From: Callorhinchus milii
Taxonomy: Eukaryota
Length of the DNA stretch: 64,000 nucleotides
NCBI RefSeq assembly: GCF_018977255.1
Contig: NW_024704742.1
Span: 105,340,001 to 105,404,000 of the forward strand
Reading direction: 5' to 3'
Shown: piece by piece, positions 51,481 through 63,390 of the stretch
How positions within the stretch are numbered: position 1 is the first letter of the stretch
How the letters are laid out: every line of letters starts with the position of its first letter
Program-made: the position numbers and the translations under genes
The notes under the pieces: model-generated
Told to the model about the DNA's origin: nothing
Database searches by the model: none
The model's input: the letters and a program-made list of their open reading frames with translations, nothing else

Positions 51481-52729
51481 GGGACTCTGGTTTGCTGAGA
51501 ACAATGTTGGTCATTATCTTAGTTGTCACGCATAAAATTCATCCCAGGGTTTCATTTGTCATTTTTGAAGCTGGGATGGGAAGCGCCAATTGCAAACTCT
51601 GTTATGAGGATTGAAAGCGATGTTAGCAAATTTGGGACAACAAAATGGCTCATTGTGATTTTCAAAATGTGTGAAAACCATCCAGAGAGCGTAACAGTTC
51701 ACACTTGTATAGGGAGCGCTGGATGCTGGCAGCACCATGCCCATCGCTGTTATAGGGTGAGAATAGGGAGTCGAATCAATACCTTTTATCCACAGTCTTG
51801 CATTTGTAAATTACTGTTTCAAATCTTGTTGTGGTGTTGCATAAGCTCACATACTGCCCTGTCCTGTTCTGTTCTGCTGGTAGCTGTGTTGTAAAATTAA
51901 CAAAAATGTGAGAGTTGAGCAGTTGCTACCCTGTGAGCTGCAGTGTTTACAGTGTCTTGACAATACTGTTATAGTTACTGTTATAGGAAAGAAGAGGAGG
52001 AACGTGGAGAATTTTAACAGGCTCCCAGTGTTGTGCGAAGACATCAGTGAACTTCCAATGCAGTTTTGATTTGCTTTCCAAAAGTAGTTTAGGGTTTTTC
52101 AACCAAAACATGAATTTGATTTCTATCCATGCTCTCTGCCACAGCTAAGGATGTGGGATAATAAGGAGCATTATGTAGAAGGGATCAGGTTTTCACGCAA
52201 GGCCAGCCAACGTCTCCTATCTCGTAAAGCAAAGCACATTGGTATTCCTGTTCTTTCTGGGTGATGTCCAAACGGATCGTGGAATGTGCTGCCTCAAACT
52301 AATGGCCCTGGTCTGTGATAGCCAACGCTTCAGCACCAGAGCTGTTCACAGTCTCACTTCATCTGACAGTGTATGTAAAGCTGCTACCTGGAGCAGTTTA
52401 CATACTTTCATCAGCTATTAGACCAACATGCCCTTCTCAGATAAGCGCAGTACCTCTGTCAATCCTTCGCTCTTCCATTGTAAATCCACAGCTGAGCTGC
52501 TCGAAAGTTTGGGTTTAATTTCTGGAATTCTTCAAAGCTGCTTAACGGGGCCATGACAGGTTTACAACAAGACTGTTTAAGTTAATGAGTGGTGTTAAAT
52601 ATTTCAAGTCATGTCCATATATCTGCTACTCTGTACTCTAACTCTGATCACTTACTGTAAAGGCAACTGATGATGTTCACAAAGTTAGTATTCATTTATA
52701 CCTCTTATCTTAATAATAATCCTTACAAG

Positions 52730-53086
52730 AACAACAACAACAATAATAATAAATTACATTTGTATAGAGCCTTTCATGTTGGGAAGATGTCCCAAGGCAA
52801 TGGACAGTCAGTGTTTCGAACCAGAGTTGGGAGTTGGGATTGTGGAGGGTAGAGGGCAAGGGGGGAAGCAGGGTGATTGAAAGGATGGTCGAAGAGGAGG
52901 GTCTTGTGATGGGCCTTGGGGCGTCCTCCTGACGCCTTGGGATCAGCGCCTTGGGACGTCCTCCCGACGTGAAAGGCGCTCAATAAATGGAATCGTTGTT
53001 GTTGTTGAAGGAGGCAAGGGAGGGGGGCAAGGCGTAGGGACTGCGAGATGGAGTTCCAGAGGCTGGGGGCAGAAGGAATGCCTGCC
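52730..53086 (-). mobile_element. L2 3' end (host) interrupted at 52919-53007 by a short + strand L2 tail
   Basis: (CAA)n tail at 52730; ggccttg|insert|aaggaggcaaggg rejoins the L2 consensus seen elsewhere. Confidence 0.8.
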
Positions 53087-53087
53087 A

Positions 53088-53941
53088 TTTTGTTCGACCC
53101 TGAGCTGTCCTTTCTCCCTCACATCCGCACCACAACTGGTACCGCCTTCCATCACCTCCGGAACATCACCAGACTACGGCACTACCTCACCCCTCACGCT
53201 GCTGAAACCCTGGTCCACGCCTTTATCACCTCAAGGCTGGACTATGGGAACTCTCTCCTCGCCGGCCTTCCCGCCACCTCCCTCCACAAGCTGCAGGTCA
53301 TTCAGAACTCTGCAGCTCGTGTACTGTCCCGCACCAGGCTTCGCGACCACATCACTCCCACCCTCGCTCGCCTCCACTGGCTCCCCATCCCCCAGAGGAT
53401 TGATTTCAAGATCCTCATCCTCACCTACAAGGCCATTCACGGCCTTGCTCCCTCCTACCTCTCCAACCTACTATCCCCCTACCTACCTGCCCGTACTCTC
53501 CGTTCCTCTGGCTCCGGTCTGCTCCACGTCCCCCGCCCCAACCGCCCTACCATCGGTGGTCGGGCCTTCAGCCTCTCAGCCCCGAGGCTCTGGAACTCTA
53601 TCCCGCAGTGCCTTCGCCGCTTCCTCCCTTTCCTCCTTCAAGGCCGGTCTCAAAACCTTTCTCTTTGACCAAGCCTTCAGCTCCCCTCTCGACTCTCTTC
53701 CCCCTCCTCGCTCCCTCCCTTCCCTCCCCTCACCCTGACCATTTCCCCCCTCCTCGCTCCCTCCCTTCCCTCCCCTCACCCTGACCATTTCCTCCCTCCT
53801 CGCTCCCTCCCTTCCCTCCCCTCACCCTGACCATTTCCCCCCTGCTCGGGTCATGACCCAACTGTGCAGCGCCTTGGGACGTCCTCCTGACGTGAAAGGC
53901 GCTTTATAAATGGAATCTTGTTGTTGTTGTTGTTGTTGTTG
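53088..53941 (+). mobile_element. Young L2 LINE, 5'-truncated, three 46-bp 3'UTR units, (TTG)n tail
   Basis: LFDPELSFLPHIRTT...LHWLPIPQRIDFKILILTYKAIHGLAPSYLS with no internal stop; near-identical to 57922-58765. Confidence 0.96.
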
Positions 53942-54474
53942 AGGTTAGGATTAAGCGTGAATTTATATCGTGGTCAGGACTGGGGATGGGTCTGGGTCCT
54001 CAACCACTTGAAAATATAATAAATACTATAAAATAGAATCCCAGAAATGTGTAATAAGTTTAAAGATAATTATTTGGTGTTGGATCCAGACAATTGTTTT
54101 TTTCTTTTCCAAACCGGTAGCAAGAGCATCGCTCATTTGTAAATATTTTTTCCCCTTATATGGAAGGAAAATTGCCCATTGTTTAATGTACGTGTGAGCT
54201 ATGTTGGTTTAACTGAAGGTTAAAGAACCTTTGGCTTTTTATTACGGTCTGCGTTCTCTAAACCAATATTCCTTCTCCCATTTAAATTTACCAAAACAGC
54301 TCTTAGTTATTCCTCTTGCTGCTGTTTGTGAGACGAGGCAGGCACAGATTAGCTGTCACGTTTGCCTCCATAATAACATTCACAATACTTCAAGGTAAGG
54401 TGTATGAAGTGCTTTGAGGAAATAGATGAGACATGATATCAAATCCAGGTGCTGTTACTGTGGGAACAAACTAA

Positions 54475-54620
54475 GTAATAATAATTCTTGCATTTGGTGT
54501 ACCGCTTTTTAGGTCAGGAGAATGTCCCAAAAGGCTTCACTGGATTTACTGTATTGTAAAATGGAGTGACCATGTGAAAGTGAAAGTGGCAACCAATTTT
54601 GCACACAATAATGTCCTGCA
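54475..54620 (-). mobile_element. SINE 3' tail fragment
   Basis: aataataattcttgcatttgg...ggcaaccaattttgcacacaataatgtcc. Confidence 0.65.
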
Positions 54621-54764
54621 AGTTGTGCCATTTGTTATGTCATTGCTTCGATATCTGTAGCTTTACTTGACAAAAGAGCCCACTACAGATAGATTCCCTA
54701 AGATGCAAACGTGCCGATTGTTAGGTGTTTTGTCTTGGCCCAAGCTGAGTTGACAGGTACCACC

Positions 54765-55010
54765 GATGGCTCAGTGATTAAATGCACTGTGTGGTGTGGT
54801 ACTGAGTGGTGCACATTATGAAGGTCTTATGTTCACTGCCTGGCCTATACTTAGTTAGCTGATCTGAGCCAAAGGAGTGCAGCTACTTCATTTTGCCTCT
54901 ACTCCGGATTAGGGAACTGGAAATCAGTAGAATTCCTGCTCTTGATCACAATCCAGCAACCTCTGCTGGAATACCTGGTGGGAACAGTGTCTGACTGCAT
55001 TGTGATGTGT
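54765..55010 (+). mobile_element. AmnSINE2-like ancient SINE (best copy in the window)
   Basis: ggctcagtgattaaatgcactg..ggtgtggtactgag...gaaggtc...agttagctgatctgagcc...ttcctgctcttgatcacaatccagcaacctctgctgga. Confidence 0.6.
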
Positions 55011-55384
55011 CCTGCATGCATGCATACAGACAGACATTTATTAGAGTGCTGGTTTCTTTATAATGCAAATTAAGTGTATGCTAGCCACCAACTGGCATAA
55101 TTCACACACACCACCTGCAGTGTTTGTTATGTACCAGGCAGCCCCACTGCTAAGAATTACTTCTGGGTAATTCGGTCATTGTCAACATCACGTCCTGTAT
55201 TGCACGTGCACAGGAAATGACATTGGTAGTGACCTGATTTCCTGGAATTGGCCTTTTTGAAACCTGATTGCTGGCCGATGTAGAGAAAGCAAAGCAACCC
55301 CAGCTGTGTGCAAGTATAGTGAAACCAGTCATCACAGCCGTATTTGCAGACCCAATGACTGCCTTTTCATGAGGTTTAACCACC

Positions 55385-55515
55385 TGTGCGCAAATTGGCT
55401 GTCATGTTCACCTACAAAATATAAACACTATACATTACAGTAACTCCTGTGAAGATAAGCTTTGAGACAACCTCCCGATGTGAAAGGAGCTATATCAAAT
55501 GTGAGACTTATTATA
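55385..55515 (+). mobile_element. SINE 3' fragment
   Basis: ctgtgcgcaaattggctgtc...gctatatcaaatg. Confidence 0.7.
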
Positions 55516-55769
55516 TATCCACATGCACACATATATGCACCAACCCAAGCATATGCGCATACACAATAACATACTATTAACCCTGATGGTTGAGGGAAAG
55601 CTTCGTGAAAGCAATGCTGGATCTTGCCGGGTGAAACCATTTCAATTCAGGGGGAAAACAGTCCACCACACAAGTATCACATCACACGTGACCATCATAA
55701 ACAACAACAACAAGGTCGTCTGCTTTACTGCTTGGTTTTGGACCGAAACTCCAAAACTCTGGTTCCCGC

Positions 55770-56212
55770 GTACTCACCCGCACTAAACTCCATCACACCA
55801 GTTCTAGCCAGGCTCCACTGGCTCCCTATCACTGAATGGATCAATTTCAATATCCTCACTCTCGTCTTGAAATTCCTTCATGCCCTGACACCTCTCAGAC
55901 CTGCTTACTTTCCAACTCACAACCCACTGCCTCCACTTGACTGGCTCCGGCCTCCTGCTTGTCCTTGTGCTCTCCATTCCACCACCTTTAGTTGCGCTTT
56001 CAGCCACTATGCCCCGAAACTCTGGAATACGCTTCCTCTATCCCTCTGCCTTATCCCTTCCTCATTTGAAGGTCACGCCTGAAGATCTTCGTCTTCGACC
56101 TTAAGGTATGGTCACCTCCCCCGGGCTCACTGTCATGCTCCGACTCTGTCAAGCGCTCTGGGACGCTACTCTGTGTGAGGGGCGCTATGTAAATGCAAGT
56201 TGTTGTTGTTGT
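55770..56212 (+). mobile_element. Older L2 3' fragment
   Basis: [25 protein letters not shown]...APKLWNTLP; tail gcgctatgtaaatgcaagttgttgttgttg. Confidence 0.85.
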
Positions 56213-57154
56213 ATTGGACTGTGCAGGAGCTCGAGGTTTCTCTGTTGTGTGCCTCACAGACCTATATTATTCCATTGCTGGATGGATATAGACGTTGTGA
56301 AAGTAAAGCCAGCAGTGACAAGCAGAACTGGTGTTTCTTAACACGGTCACTTAACTGTCAGCTTTTACAGCCATTTCCCTGCCTGTTTTCTCAGTGCAGA
56401 TCTATTATGATTAACAAGCCAAAGAGCTGATTGTAATTGAAGTGAACTAACAATCCTTATAGAATAGAGGTGTGGAGGTGACATCATAGTCAATCTCACT
56501 TGACAGAGTTATTGACTTGGGCTTCTCTTTGCTGAACACAAGGCTCTATTTGTCTGCCTGCTGTCCAAATCTGTCTGTATCGTGCTGCAGTGTTTCAGTA
56601 ACCACTTGTCTTCTGGTGGGATAACAGTGGTGTCAGCAAAGGGAGAGAGAGCACCATTACTTTTCATGACCTTCACCGAGTCAATGAGGAAAACAAGTGT
56701 TGGGGCCAAAGGCGCTTCCCCCTGTTTGTCACAAGGAGGCAAATTTAATTTATCATGACCCGTTGTTTGTGTCCTCTGAGAAAGGTGTATTTCCAGTTCA
56801 GTGAGCAATGAAAAAGAGACATCAATGATTATATGGGCTTTCATATCAGCATGATGTATGTCCAAAGGACTTATTAGAAGAACCTAGGAACTCCTAGGAG
56901 TAGCCCATTCGGCCATCGATCCTGCTCAGCCATTGACTTTAGCAACTTGGCTACCACAATTGCCAACAAAAATACAGTCACAACACTTTACAGTAAATTC
57001 TATGAAGCGCTTTGAGATGTCTTCCTCATGTGAAAGGTGCTATATTACAAACAAAGCGGTATTACATCATTATAAATTCTCCTTAAATCTATTTTTTTGC
57101 AGTTTCTCTGTAACCTTGTCAGAAATTTGAATTCATTGTCTAAGATGACGCTCT

Positions 57155-57335
57155 TGTGCAGTGCTGCGGGGTGCTACATTGTCAGAGCTGCAATCCTTTA
57201 TATGAGACATTAAACCTAGGTTTCACCTGCTTATTCAGATGGACGTTAGAGATCCCATGCCTGTATTCAAAAAGACAAGGGAGTTTCTCCTGGTGTCCTG
57301 GCTAACAATCCCCCAGATAAAAAATATTGATTATT
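57155..57335 (+). mobile_element. DeuSINE core fragment
   Basis: gatggacgttagagatcccatgcc...ggagtttctcctggtgtcctggctaacaatcccc. Confidence 0.75.
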
Positions 57336-57474
57336 CACTTTATTCCTTTTAGTGTACACAAAGAGTATGCTGGATTGACTACAAATGGATACAGTTGTTA
57401 AACATTTATCTCAACAGGCAGTGACCTCTGGTTAAGGTTTATCTGGAGGATAGCATATCCAGAGATACAGGGCT

Positions 57475-57590
57475 TCCCCAGTGCTGCTTTGGAATATCAG
57501 CCTGGATTGTGAGTTCAAAGTTCTGATGTGGGATTTGAACCCACAATGTTTTCCTCAGAGAAGATCGTGCTATCAACTGAGCAAGACTGA
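57475..57590 (-). mobile_element. DeuSINE 5' head fragment
   Basis: tcagcctggattgtgag...gtgggatttgaacccacaa...gtgctatcaactgagc. Confidence 0.65.
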
Positions 57591-57762
57591 AAAAAGCTTG
57601 GAATAGGTGGACATTCTCATGAGCAGCTGTCCTGTTTAATAAGCCAATTGTCTAGAGTGAGGTGAACCCAGAATGTGCCCATATCTCCTTCATTTTAACA
57701 GACTTCTGTGCTCTTCATATCCATTCTTGAAGACCCTGTGAAAGTATTTTTTACATGCCAGG

Positions 57763-57890
57763 GTGTGTATTTGTATTTTGTGTGTGACTATGTCCACACA
57801 TTTGTATGTATCTATGTTTTGTGTGCTATATACATGTGTTTTTAGGATGTGCATGCACATTTTGTGTGCATTTGTGCTTATGTGTAAGTA
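57763..57890. repeat. Degenerate (TG)/(TA) low-complexity repeat
   Basis: gtgtgtatttgtattttgtgtgtg...atgtgcatgcacattttgtgtgc. Confidence 0.6.
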
Positions 57891-57921
57891 TCTGTTTTCT
57901 GACGGGTGGAAGGAAGGAGGG

Positions 57922-58765
57922 CATCCAAGGCTGCACTCTCCACTTCTCAAAGCCAGTCAGGAACCTCGGCGTTTTGTTCGACCCTGAGCTGTCCTTTCTC
58001 CCTCACATCCGCACCACAACTGGCACCACCTTCCATCACCTCCGGAACATCGCCAGACTACGGCACTACCTCACCCCTCACGCTGCTAAAACCCTGGTCC
58101 ACGCCTTTGTCACCTCAAGGCTGGACTATGGGAACTCTCTCCTCGCCGGCCTTCCCGCCACCTCCCTCCACAAGCTGCAGGTCATTCAGAACTCTGCAGC
58201 TCGTGTACTGTCCCGCACCAGGCTTCACGACCACATCACTCCCACCCTCGCTCGCCTCCACTGGCTCCCCATCCCCCAGAGGATTGATTTCAAGATCCTC
58301 ATCCTCACCTATAAGGCCATCCACGGCCTTGCTCCCTCCTACCTCTCTGACCTACTATTCCCCTACCTACCTGCCCGTACCCTCCGTTCCTCTGGCTCCG
58401 GTCTGCTCCACATCCCCCGCCCCAACCGCCCTACCATCGGTGGTCGGGCCTTCAGCCTCTCAGCCCCCAGGCTCTGGAACTCCATCCCCCAGTGCCTTCG
58501 CCGCCTCCTCCCTTTCCTCCTTCAAGGCCGGTCTCAAGACCTTTCTCTTTGACCGAGCCTTCAGCTCCCCTCTCGACTCTCTTCCCCCTCCTCGCTCCCT
58601 CCCTTCCCTCCCCTCACCCTGACCATTTCCCCCCTCCTCCCTTCCCTCCCCTCACCCTGACCATTTCCCCCCTGCTCGGGTCCTGACCCAACTGTGGAGC
58701 GCCTTGGGACGTCCTCCTGATGTGAAAGGCGCTTTATAAATGGAATCTTGTTGTTGTTGTTGTTG
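57922..58765 (+). mobile_element. Young L2 LINE, 5'-truncated, about two 3'UTR units, gaggg target-site duplication
   Basis: Open frame IQGCTLHFSKPVRNLGVLFDPELSF...; gaggg at 57917-57921 and 58765-58769. Confidence 0.96.
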
Positions 58766-59719
58766 AGGGGTTGGGCTGATGCCTGTCTGGGGGTTTAACA
58801 TCTTCAGTGGAGGCTTGTTATAATGTGCTACTTGGGATCCATAAAATTCCAGCCCGCCTGATAACAAGGCCACAAGGCAGTGGTACATATTTGCAGTGAA
58901 TGGCACATGCCATTTGTATTGTGAACAAATCATTGCTGTAACAAAGTGTGTTATAATTGGGCTGCACTGTATTTTGGCCAATCTGCCTTGCTCTCTTTCA
59001 TATACCTCAAGAGACTGGTGATAACTGGACAAAATAGTTGAGTGGCTGGTCTGCCGAAGGTTATAGGACCCAAAAGGGTTGGACTTACCTTACTCCACTG
59101 TTTGTAAAAGCTGCATTCACATTGATTATATTCCCTACTGTCACTTATAAACTCAGTAATGGGCTTATCTGTTGACAACAGTGACATGTCTGCTCAAATA
59201 ACAGTTTCTTTATGCAATGCTGCAATGAAGTGCTGCAAAGAGACTGATTAGGTTGATAGAGACTGAACATGAGCTTACTGAAAGAACCTGTTCAAGTTCA
59301 TCCATCAGGTACCGAAACTCAACACTCCAATCAAACCTCCGCTCAGTTGATTATGCCAGCACACTGTGAGACTCAGGTAAAACATTTCTTCAAAGCAAAA
59401 TTATTTCCTGTGCTCATAAGTGAAAGAGAGAAGTGCTGAACTTGTTGGAAGACAACAGGAGATAGGAACACCAGGGAACCCTCTCTTGCTGCCCACTCGA
59501 GTAGAAGCTGTCCAAGTGTTGCACAATCAGTGAGATAACAAGTGAAGGAGATCAACAAGGTGTACTTGAGCAGCTCTGCTAGTAATTGGCTCCTTCTAAG
59601 AAATGTAACCTAACCAGCTGTATTAACAGAGAATAACTGAGCTCCCCAATGTTGTTGTGGACAAAGAAATCACCTAGTGTAATGCTCAGCCATAGTGACT
59701 GATGGGGACGGATTTAAAA

Positions 59720-59882
59720 CTCTGTCTCTGCTGACTTAGTTGATCTTAATCTGGACTAGGGGGAACATTAAACCAGGGTTCCAGCTACTATTCAATGGTC
59801 CTTGTTGGAAGGTGCATGTATATGGACCTCAGACAAGGACAGGATTTGATTCCACTCTGATGCCTTCTATGGTTGAATAGTC
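59720..59882 (+). mobile_element. AmnSINE2-like fragment
   Basis: ctgctgacttagttgatctt...ccagggttcc...ggacaggatttg...tgatgccttctatggttgaatag. Confidence 0.45.
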
Positions 59883-60599
59883 TCGAAAACATGTTAAGGC
59901 GCTATATCGAATGCAAGTATTATTATTTTATTGGAACTATTGCTAAAGGAGATGACAACAACAAGAAGTTTACATTTATACAGCACCTTTCATGTCATGC
60001 GGACAATTTGTCTTGGGGGTATCAAAGGGATAGAAACAGGGTCTGTTGTGTGTAAACCTGTATGAGTATCGACAGAGGCAAAGTCATGTTTTTTTCTTAA
60101 CCTGGTTGAGGGAATTGGATAGCTGGCAGGCCTTTCCTTCAAGTGGGAAGTTAAGAGCACAACTTTTCTCTTTAAACTTGAGTGGCAAACCATCAGTTGC
60201 ACTGACCAAAAACAATTAAAAATCAACTGACCCTCAGAATGGCTTGTGGAATACTTAGACAGGTAGATTGAGTGTCTTCCAGAGGCTGGCATCCTTGAGG
60301 AATGTGAAGGCATGGAAATAGTTATTATTAAATCCTTCTTTCTCCTGCCTTGACCAAGGTCTTTCCTCAAGCAACAAGAGAAATTCGACCTCCTGTCAAA
60401 AGAATTGAATTAAATTTCTATAAATGTTTGGGTCACGTTTGCAGTCCTTGTGATATTATGTCGAATTGGCCTGAGGTGGGATTGTCTGACCTAGTTCTGA
60501 ACGGTGATAACAAGACACTTAGATAGACAGTTATCCTGCAAACCAGCAAACGGAGAGTTTGGATATTTAAATATTTACAGAGTAAGTGAGGTGATGAAC

Positions 60600-60856
60600 T
60601 TAATAATGACAATCTTTGCATTTGATATTTCATCTTACCATGTTGAGACCTCTCAAAGTGCGTCACGGTATATACTATAAAGTGGTGAGACTGTGATCGC
60701 GACAGAACACAGCAGTGTCTCACAAACAGCTATGGACAATGCACACAGTCCAGCACTGCATTGGAGTGTCTATAGGTTCCAAGTCCTGACGTGGGTCTTG
60801 AACTCAAAACCTTCTGACTCAGAGGTGAGAGTGCTACCAACTGAGCTAGGCTGACC
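60600..60856 (-). mobile_element. DeuSINE with internal deletion (head joined to tail)
   Basis: Tail at 60600-60735; head cttgaactcaaaaccttctgactcagaggtgagagtgctaccaactgagct. Confidence 0.75.
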
Positions 60857-61364
60857 TTGTGAACAGTCTACCAGTAAGGCTGTGAACAGACTCTCAGCAA
60901 GTTTAATTGAATGATATATCATGGCAAAGAAATCATTCGAGGGTTATGTGTGATGAAGGATTATTTATTATTTTTGAAGGCTTGTATTTTTACTTTAGAA
61001 TAGCTCGTGGCCCTCCCCTATTCCACTCCCACCCATCTCCCCTCAACCCCCCCACTCTCCACCCGACACCTTGCTGGCATTGTGCCAATGTTTAAAGTTT
61101 CTTTTTAAGCTATTACATTTTGAAAAAAGGTTCCATTTAATTTTTTAAACTTTTTTCCATGTACGGGCAATGAAGCGATCGATGATTCATTTTGTCTGAA
61201 GGTGGCATGTAATTAATTACTTCATTTCTCCTCCAGGAACATTGATCTAATTATTCTATAAGCATTTTCTTTTCTCTCTCTCTCTCTTTCCGTCTCATTT
61301 TCTGTGTTTGTTCCAACGTTTTTAACTTCTCCTAGCATTTGATTCATTTTTCTTCTGCTGGGTT

Positions 61365-61560
61365 AATAATAATATTATAATAATAATCCTTACATGTTGG
61401 ATGTCCCAAAGTGCTTCACAGGATATGCTGCAAAGTGGAATGACTGAATTTTATGGGCAAACATAACAGCCAATTTGCACACAGCATTGTCCCACAATCA
61501 GCAATGAAAGTGATGATGATGATGATGATAATAGTAATAAGATAATAATAATAATAATCT
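61365..61560 (-). mobile_element. SINE 3' fragment plus (GAT)n/(AAT)n repeats
   Basis: aagtgcttcacaggatat...cagccaatttgcacacagcattgtcccaca; gatgatgatgatgatgat. Confidence 0.7.
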
Positions 61561-62451
61561 TTGAATGAACAATTACAGTTCCATTGATACCAATCACCCT
61601 CTGGCACGTCACCCAAGTGGCAATTATTCACCTGTGAGTTTTGACACTGAGCGTTGGTAAGCTCTTCAACCGAACAAGGTGACAGAGCCCAGTCCTTAAA
61701 TCTCAAGAGAGATTTTATTAAAGAAGGTCTCTTGGAACTTTGATCTCATCCTTCCAGAATACACATCACATAATCTTGTACATTTTCACTCTCATTTAAA
61801 ATCTTATATATCTCCAGAAGGCCCACTCTGAGACATCTCTTTTCATGACTGAGCTCATTCCTCCGACAAATTCCTGGATCTATACCTGCCTGTTTTAAGA
61901 GGTACCTAAAATGTGGGAGCAAAGGTCAAACAGTTCTGTAACTGGATGTCGCGTCACTTCCAGTAGTGCAAGTGACCACTAAAATCCCACTGTCACAACC
62001 CAGTGTCTGTGTAGCTTACGGCACACATTGCACAAAGCACTCCAGATTGATGATTTTATTTTTAATTCATGCAAATGAATGCTTTCGGAAATTTCTCTAC
62101 ATCTTGTGACCTGTTAATTGAACTATTTTATATTTCTATGTCAGAGTGATACGTTTCACCTGGGAACATTTTTATTGGCAATTGTGTTCCGTGTGAGTGG
62201 GAGAGCACTACAGGAAGAATCAGCCATCACCTCCATTCTGAGGAAAAAGGCCAATGTCACAAGCTGTGGTTTGTACCCCCACATGATTCAGCGTGTTTAG
62301 CAAATCCTTGAAATATTAATTTTTGAGCGATGTATTTTACTATTCCACTGCAGGTTTCATTACGACTTTATTATGATCCATTTCAGATGCAGATAAATAT
62401 GCAAATATTTATGTTTTCATAATTGCTTTGCAAGAGTACACAGCAATATTC

Positions 62452-62630
62452 TTCCTAGATAAAATTGGTCATTCATTTCATGGCTGTCTGTGGGACATTG
62501 GTGTGTGCAAATTGGCTGTCACACTCACCTGCAAAATACAGCCACTACACTGCAATGAAACCCCATGAAGCATTTTAAGATGTTTCAAGGACGCGATAGG
62601 CGCTATATCAAATGCAAGGATTATTATTAT
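62452..62630 (+). mobile_element. DeuSINE-type 3' fragment
   Basis: ttcatggctgtctgtgggacattgg...gcgctatatcaaatgcaaggattattattat. Confidence 0.75.
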
Positions 62631-63154
62631 AGTTCAGAAAATGTAAATTTATAGATTTTGAAATGAATGCTTGCAATTCTCTCTTTCCAAAAATATGTAT
62701 TTCAGTGCAACTTTGTTTTGATTTATATACAAGGCTTTATTTGAAGACTCTTTTACAACTGAAAATATCAGTGAGCAAAAACGAAATAGTGTTTCTTGCT
62801 GAACTTGCATTACAGGTGTTCCTGGATGCCAGGTATTAGGGTGAATTAATTAACCACGGAATGAAATTGCCCTATTGAAGTGATCAATGCCACTTTTGGT
62901 GTCCTCTACACTGCTTGTCTTTCCTCCAGGTTAGCTTGTGTGGGAAAACAAGACTGTCAGAGAAAAGTAATAAAATTCAGAGGCATTTAACAATGGGACA
63001 GATAAATTGGGAAATGTACAGTAACGCATTTGGTACTAAAAATGTCAAATACAATTATTGGATAAATAAGACGAGTCTAACAGTGAATTCATTGTCACAG
63101 CGCATGGCAGCCGCTACAAATAAAGCATTGAAATATATAAGTATTTCTGCAGAA

Positions 63155-63390
63155 TAATAGACCAAGGAAATGTTACACTTCATAAAGCATCGGTGAGACT
63201 GCAGATGGAGTACTGTATTATGTTCAACCTCCAAAATCTACTTGAGGGAAATACTGTGGCACCGAGCCACACAGATCAGGAAGGTGCCAAGCTGAATCCC
63301 TAGACAATGCTGACCAGCAATGGATAACCTAGAATTTCTTTCACTGCGCTAGGGAAGTTTATGTGCCTGATTTCTATTTAGTGACAGCTT
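63155..63390 (+). mobile_element. Degraded CR1 fragment (63155-63250) followed by an AmnSINE2-like head (63255-63390)
   Basis: LHKASVRLQMEYC motif; tgtggcaccgagccacacagatcaggaagg. Confidence 0.45.

Noticed and set aside
57806..58622. 248-aa and overlapping Ser/Pro-rich 238-aa ORFs (likewise 23469, 36314, 53048, 53244)
   Set aside because: They are L2 ORF2 fragments plus alternative frames kept open by C-rich composition; the starts lie in flanking DNA or mid-element.
62915..63157. Next FBXL17 exon after the acceptor-like ctttcctccag
   Set aside because: The translation does not resemble the expected downstream FBXL17 sequence (LRNLSSLDLRHITELDNETV..., from memory).
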